In this document: in pieces, positions 61,490 through 64,000 of the stretch
How positions within the stretch are numbered: the first letter of the stretch is position 1
Layout: the number at the start of each line of letters is the position of its first letter
Origin: Azolla caroliniana
Lineage: Eukaryota; Plantae; Polypodiophyta
Length of the DNA stretch: 64,000 bases
Reading direction: 5' to 3'
Assembly: GCA_043228905.1 (NCBI GenBank)
Contig: JBHGNT010000015.1
Span: 19,530,001 to 19,594,000, forward strand
Translations under genes and position numbers: made by a program
The notes under the pieces: model-generated
What the model was told of the DNA's origin: nothing
Databases searched by the model: none
Seen by the model: the letters and a program-made list of their open reading frames with translations, nothing else

Positions 61490-63720
61490 ATGGCTAAATT
61501 TGAGCCCAAAACCAAGAAATGCAAGTTCCTTGGTTACAAACACAATCTAAAGCTTACAGGTTATGGGATCTAGAATCAAAGTCTGTAGTCATCTATAGGG
61601 ATGTTCAATTTGTGGAGTCTAAGCTGGATGACTCAAGAATTTTAACTGAGTTTATGATTGAAATCCTAGCTCCTCTGGAATCTTTTATTCCAGATGAAGA
61701 TGTCTCACCTTCAAGGCCCCCATCTCATCCAACTGCCATTCTAACTCTAACTCCCTCTCCAACTCAAACCTCTCCCTAAACTCTAATTGTTTCCCCTCCC
61801 TCTACACACCAGTTTCCACCACTTCCTAAGCTAACCACCATTCGTGATTCCCATCTCTCTGATGTTGAACTTCGTGATTATACAGCTAGTTCTACCGACA
61901 CGAGAATAATATGCAGGTCACAACTGCCGCTTCACTCATGCAACTTTGCCTTATTATGCACAGTTGTGCAATCACAAGAACCCACCACAACAAAATCTCT
62001 TATTCTTCTAGAGTGAAAAGTGGCAATGGAAGTTGAAACTAATTCCATTGAGTAGAATCACACATGGGAGAAAATAAAGTCTATCGGGTAGCATCATCAA
62101 TGAATGTCAAAACATAAAGATAACTTTCAACTGATGGTTTTCTCATTGGGACGCATACATCAATATGTACAAGTTGAAGCTTGTGTATTACAAAAACATT
62201 TGCATCTTTTGGAAATGAAGAACTTTGCGTCTTTCCTAAAATACAAACCTCACAAACATGATTAGATGGTACATGAATGGAAGGAAGATTGCATACCATA
62301 TTTTGCTTACTAAGCGTGCAAGGCTTCTGAAATTTAAATGGCCGAACCGAGCATACCATAGTTCAGAATTGCTTTGTGTTTGGGCATTCAACCCCAATGC
62401 ATTTTGGTCATCAAATTTCTAATATATGTCAAGCTTGTGATTGTTGTTGAACAAACCTCCTGTTATGACAATGATGTCGTCCTTTGTACGATCATGTATT
62501 GTGCATTTGTCATAGAGAAATTGGACAAGATATCCATGCATAACAATGGCAGAAACCGAAAGAAGGTTTTTGCCAGGGACATAGAGAACATTGTTTAATG
62601 TGACTAAATCCCCATGACGGCTGTAATATGAACTTGACCAATGCCTTTGATGATGTAAAAAGCATTATTGGCACAAGTAATTGTGCCCGCCTTATGACAA
62701 GCATCTTCAATTGACAAAGAAATTTTTGCAAGAAGCACCACTATCAAATACTACGCATTCTTAGACTCCCTTACCTATAAACATGTCATCATTTGAGGGA
62801 TCATACATTGTGCATAAGAAGAATGCCCACTTATGTTGAGCAATGGTTATTTCTTCCTTCGTACCAATAGAGGTAGTAATAATAAGACTGGCTTGTTTTT
62901 CTTCTCTTGACTAGGTTTACTCTTTCAACATTCACTAATGCCATAACTTGGTTTACAACAATAATTCCACTTTTCTTCTTCTTCTTATCATGGGAAGTCG
63001 AGGAAGGTTATTTTGTTTTCGGCCTTGTTGGCCATTGAACTTGCAAGAGGTAACAAAAGCTTGATCACCACTATTACGAACATCCCAATTTGCTCAATAT
63101 TGAGATTCTTGTAAGAGAAAGGAGATTAAGTCATCAATGTTGACGCTCTCTTTACCTCTTGTAAGAAACCTTATTGTCATAGTAAAGCCTTCATATGAAT
63201 CCAGAAGAGAGGCAAGAACTTTAGAAACTAATTGCTTGTTTGAAATCACTTCATGAGGTCTTTGATCTTCATCAAGAATGCATCCATGGAATCACATTTT
63301 GCATCCTTGTTTCTTAAAGTTGCCACTTGAGCATAGCAACTCGTGCTTCATTCCTTTGAGCATATAGGTTCTTTAATACAACTTGAGCACTTTTGGAGGT
63401 GGTGCAAAATCGGATATGTGGAACAATATGACGTTTAACTAATAATGCAATGAGAGCATGGGCTTGAGCATCCTTACCATCCCATTTAAGTTGTGACAAA
63501 GTAGACTTTTGAGGAGTGGAACTTGAAGCATTATTTGCGTCAATTGTTATAAAAGGGGAGGCAAAGTTTGGAGAATTACTTGAAGTTGGACATTCATCAG
63601 ATCCGATGACAATGTCCCATAGTTACTTTACAACTAATACATGTCTCACCATGTATGCCCACATAGGATAGTTAGTACCATCCAACTTATCTTCAGAATT
63701 AAGCATGCCAAAAATATTAA
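61490..63720. mobile_element. Degenerate Ty1/copia LTR retrotransposon interior, rearranged
   Basis: Minus strand 63720-62081: gag (DKLDGTNYPMWAYM, WDGKDAQAHALIAL), GAG-pre-integrase (VCEVCILGK) and integrase start (LQLVHIDVC...TFIDDATR). Plus strand 61490-62070: SH3-like KFEPKTKKCKFLGY...KAYRLWD and RT start (AMEVETNSIE*NHTWE). Confidence 0.88.
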
Positions 63721-64000
63721 TTAGCATGGTCATTGCAAAAAAGATTAGATCAAGAAATATTATTGTGAAGAAAAGGACGATGTATGAAAAAGTGTGTGAG
63801 CACACTTTATTGTAATCCGTGTAGTTGTCGAGTGTTAGTGTGGTCAAAGAATATTAGATATTCTTATGACAAAATCATCCTCAAGTGGATATCTTGGTTA
63901 GATTCCACCAACACATTTAATAGGGCAGTCCCTTGAGGACTTGTATATAAAACCCCCTTTGGCCATTCAGTTTAGTTGATGATCTTTAGATAATTAATAT

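Noticed and set aside
63720-64000. LTR and primer-binding site of the copia element
   Set aside because: No TGGTATCAGAGC-type PBS or clear TG...CA LTR pair found; similarity to 61230-61460 is too weak.

Overview
AT-rich, intron-rich land-plant nuclear DNA. A fern or other seed-free plant is my inference from the PLS-PPR and repeat types and is not proven. Six protein genes appear complete: a 7-exon 4-coumarate:CoA ligase (-), an intronless PLS-E PPR protein (+), an RCC1-repeat protein (+), MMgT/EMC5 (+), a mitochondrial phosphate carrier (-) and an ABCC1/2-like MRP transporter (+). There is also a probable small single-exon membrane-protein gene (+) and the last exon of an SMPD4-like gene (-). 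Between and inside the genes are a structurally complete Mutator-like element with a compact, fungal Hop-like transposase carrying one stop codon, five related AACCG-rich non-autonomous hAT-like elements, a nested long-TIR Mutator MITE, two copies of a tRNA-derived SINE, LINE relics, an internally inverted Ty1/copia relic and several local tandem duplications. I found no clearly new biological system. The best leads are the possibly horizontally acquired MULE, the recurrent hAT-like insertions at gene 5' ends, the duplicated start codon/uORF of the phosphate carrier and the SINE family. Exon boundaries were read by eye and may be a few bases off.
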